Shown here: in pieces, positions 61,496 through 64,000 of the stretch
Layout of the letters: every line of letters begins with the position of its first letter
How positions within the stretch are numbered: the first letter of the stretch is position 1
NCBI RefSeq assembly: GCF_037042905.1
Contig: NC_087252.1
Span: forward strand, 13,704,001 to 13,768,000
DNA length: 64,000 bases
Reading direction: 5' to 3'
DNA from: Lytechinus pictus
Taxonomy: Eukaryota
Translations under genes and position numbers: made by a program
Notes under the pieces: model-generated
What the model was told of the DNA's origin: nothing
Database searches by the model: none
What the model saw: the letters and a program-made list of their open reading frames with translations, nothing else

Positions 61496-61525
61496 CTTTA
61501 CAATATATATATATATATATATATA

Positions 61526-63427
61526 CACAACAAAAAAAGTAAGTCCCCCCTAAATCAAAATGCTATAACTTCTGAACGGAATAATTTTGAGATATAACAT
61601 TTCGTAGGTGGTTTTCTACACTCACTAAGCAACTCATGGGGGGAAATGAGATTGATCGGTTGGGTCATGCATGAGTAATCAAAGATTGAATTAAAAATGA
61701 CAATTTTTGAAAGTCACAAGAGTCGTTTTTCAGATTGTGTAAATACAAAGTTTGGCAAAGGTTGATTTTTGGTGAATTTTAAGATGTTAAAGTTGTTTTA
61801 CTATTCATCATTGAGACACTCCACACAAAATTTTGATAACGTATGTTCATGCTTGGGTGAGCACATTTTTTGTGAGGTATCATCTCATAGGGGGTTTATG
61901 TAACTTGTTAAAACATGTTAAAATTGGAAAATGTTAGTGGCTCCCCTCCCCAAATTTCTCGGCACCTCCCCACTTTCAAATTCTGGATCCACCACTGATT
62001 TGTACATAAATTCAACTGATACTGAGAAATTATTAGGAAAAGAATACATTTATGCAGTAAAAAGAGTATTAATACCTAAGTTTTCGAGTGTGCTCGCTCA
62101 GCCATGACAATGTAGAAAGTTCGGAAAGTGTGTGGTGATAAAAATGATTGATGATAAAAACAACACCAATTAAGTTACATTTGAAACCGAATTTGCCCCC
62201 ATTATTCACTTTATAACCCATCAAAATGAGTCTGTGACATTGAAAATGCCCCTTTTCCCCTTTAAGGCGTGCTCACTCATCCATAAAAAACAAATCAATT
62301 TTATTTTTGCATAGAATTTTGCCCATAAGTTGATGAACATTACTGCCAAATGATACTGCTAAAGACAGCTTTGAAAAAAAGTTCCACCACATTGAATAGG
62401 GGGTTACTTATTCTCAAACATATGCACCCATCGTGTACACAATGTCTATGAGAGAGGAAGTCAAAATTTTAACATAAGTGAAATAAGGGTTTGTTTCATA
62501 GTCGGTTTAGTTTCTTCTGCCAATAGTTTTCTCATGAAACTTCACACATGGCTTCAGAGTAACAATATCCAAAGGGCCCGCACACTCAAATTACCATTCG
62601 ATACGGCACAGAGTGGGGCCAAGGCCTTGAACTTTCTTCTCATTTGCATAATTTTCGAATATTGTGTGCTCACTGAGGCATTAGATATCGGGATTTTCAT
62701 AAAAATCCAATCAAATTAACTATTCAAGAAGGTTTGTGACAGATATCCATAGTTAGCAATTGCATTTTGCCAATAACGCAAAAAAGAGCTAATCACATTC
62801 CACATGTTCATTCAAGCGTGAATGTTTAATTAAATGCCTTTGAATCATTGAAGCATGTTAATTGGTCATGAACATATTGAAAAAGGTTGAGAAAAGATAA
62901 TTTCAGTTACCAACTTGAAACATTACTTGCCAATGATATTTGAAAATCGTATTTTTTGTTTTCATTAAATGTTCATTGAGCCGTGAAATGATGAATATTG
63001 TTAAAGATACTGTTCCCAAAAATAATTGTCATCATATTCCATCATTTTCATCGATAGAAATGTGTAAAAATTCCAATAATAGCAAATTTTTACTGTGTTT
63101 ATTCAACCGTGAAACTTAGCCAAAAAAGTTGTATCGACTTTTAGAAAGTACATTTTACATGCCTTCTGACTATTTTTCATGATGAGAATGTGGAATTCGT
63201 TCCAATAAACTGGAATCAAAGTCATGATATTTTGCTTGTGACTTTTAAAAAGTGACAATTTTGCATTTTTCCGGTGCTCACTGAAGTATGACATAAAACA
63301 CGTCTGTAACATTCACAAAGAGGGTAGCTTATAAAATTCCCTACAGGTTCATGTAAAAATATAATAAAAACTCCCAGTGGTTCGGAAATTATCGATGTTT
63401 GTTTAAGGGGGGACTTACTTTTTTTGT

Positions 63428-63431
<4 letters not shown>
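61526..63431. mobile_element. 1.9-kb Tc1/mariner-type non-autonomous element
   Basis: TIRs CACAACAAAAAAAGTAAGTCCCCCCT at both ends, embedded in TA/TG microsatellite. Confidence 0.8.
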
Positions 63432-63461
<30 letters not shown>

Positions 63462-63462
63462 C

Positions 63463-63495
<33 letters not shown>

Positions 63496-64000
63496 CAGTG
63501 CGTCCCACAAAAAAAAACGAAACCGATATTTATCGATGATTTATCATAACTTAATCACAAATGCAATAGACAAATGACCTACCATTGTAAAGCTTAGAAT
63601 CTCTTCTTTCATCTGAAATTACTTAGATTTATTCTCATTCACGCATGAGTGAGCAAAACCAATTTGAAGAGGGTATACCAAAAAGTCATTTGGCGGGCTG
63701 TTTCTGGGTTTCAAAAAGAAAACCACATTTCTAAAAAGTTCAATGTCTGCTCTTTAATTTGATACCTCAATTACAGAAAATGGTCTAGAAATAAGAAAGT
63801 TATGGTTATTTGAAATAAGGCTTGAATTTCAATAATTTCATTAAATGAAGAGGTTTTACAGGCTAGCGTTCAAACTCACTCGACACTCCGTTTTGTTGAC
63901 GATCAGCCATGCATGAAGTCTTTTGTTAACTATGCGATAGCTTCTGTGGGAAACCGGTGAAAACACGTTTATTTAATGAAATTATGGAAATACAAGCATT
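63496..64000. mobile_element. Left part of another Tc1/mariner-type element (runs off the window)
   Basis: TA-CAGTGCGTCCCACAAAAAAAAACG start after (TA)n, same CAGTGCGT terminus as the element at 60098. Confidence 0.6.

Overview
AT-rich, intron-containing animal DNA. The repeat types and gene content suggest an echinoderm such as a sea urchin (inference). There are two + strand host genes. (1) The 3' part of ANKS3 (ankyrin repeats, SAM, coiled coil): 8 exons, 574-21940. One intron holds an ~11.2-kb TTAA-flanked piggyBac-like element with an intact 621-aa transposase; another holds a 3-kb telomere-like minisatellite with a captured foreign segment. (2) A gene the ORF track shows only as fragments: 7 exons from 27668 to at least 59939, all joined by phase-1 introns. 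It encodes signal peptide - V-set Ig - C-type Ig - transmembrane - linker - death-like - death-like and probably continues past the window. A perfect NF-kB site and a C/EBP site lie just upstream of its ATG. Its introns hold nested mobile elements: an 11.6-kb CCC-ended CACTA/EnSpm-like element with TGTGGTA arrays, a LINE < Sola1-like < solo-LTR nest, a decayed Gmr1-like Gypsy element with a second solo LTR in its 5' LTR, several MITEs and foldbacks, and a palindrome built around a tRNA-like cloverleaf with a UCA anticodon. All calls come from reading the sequence by eye; no database searches were run.
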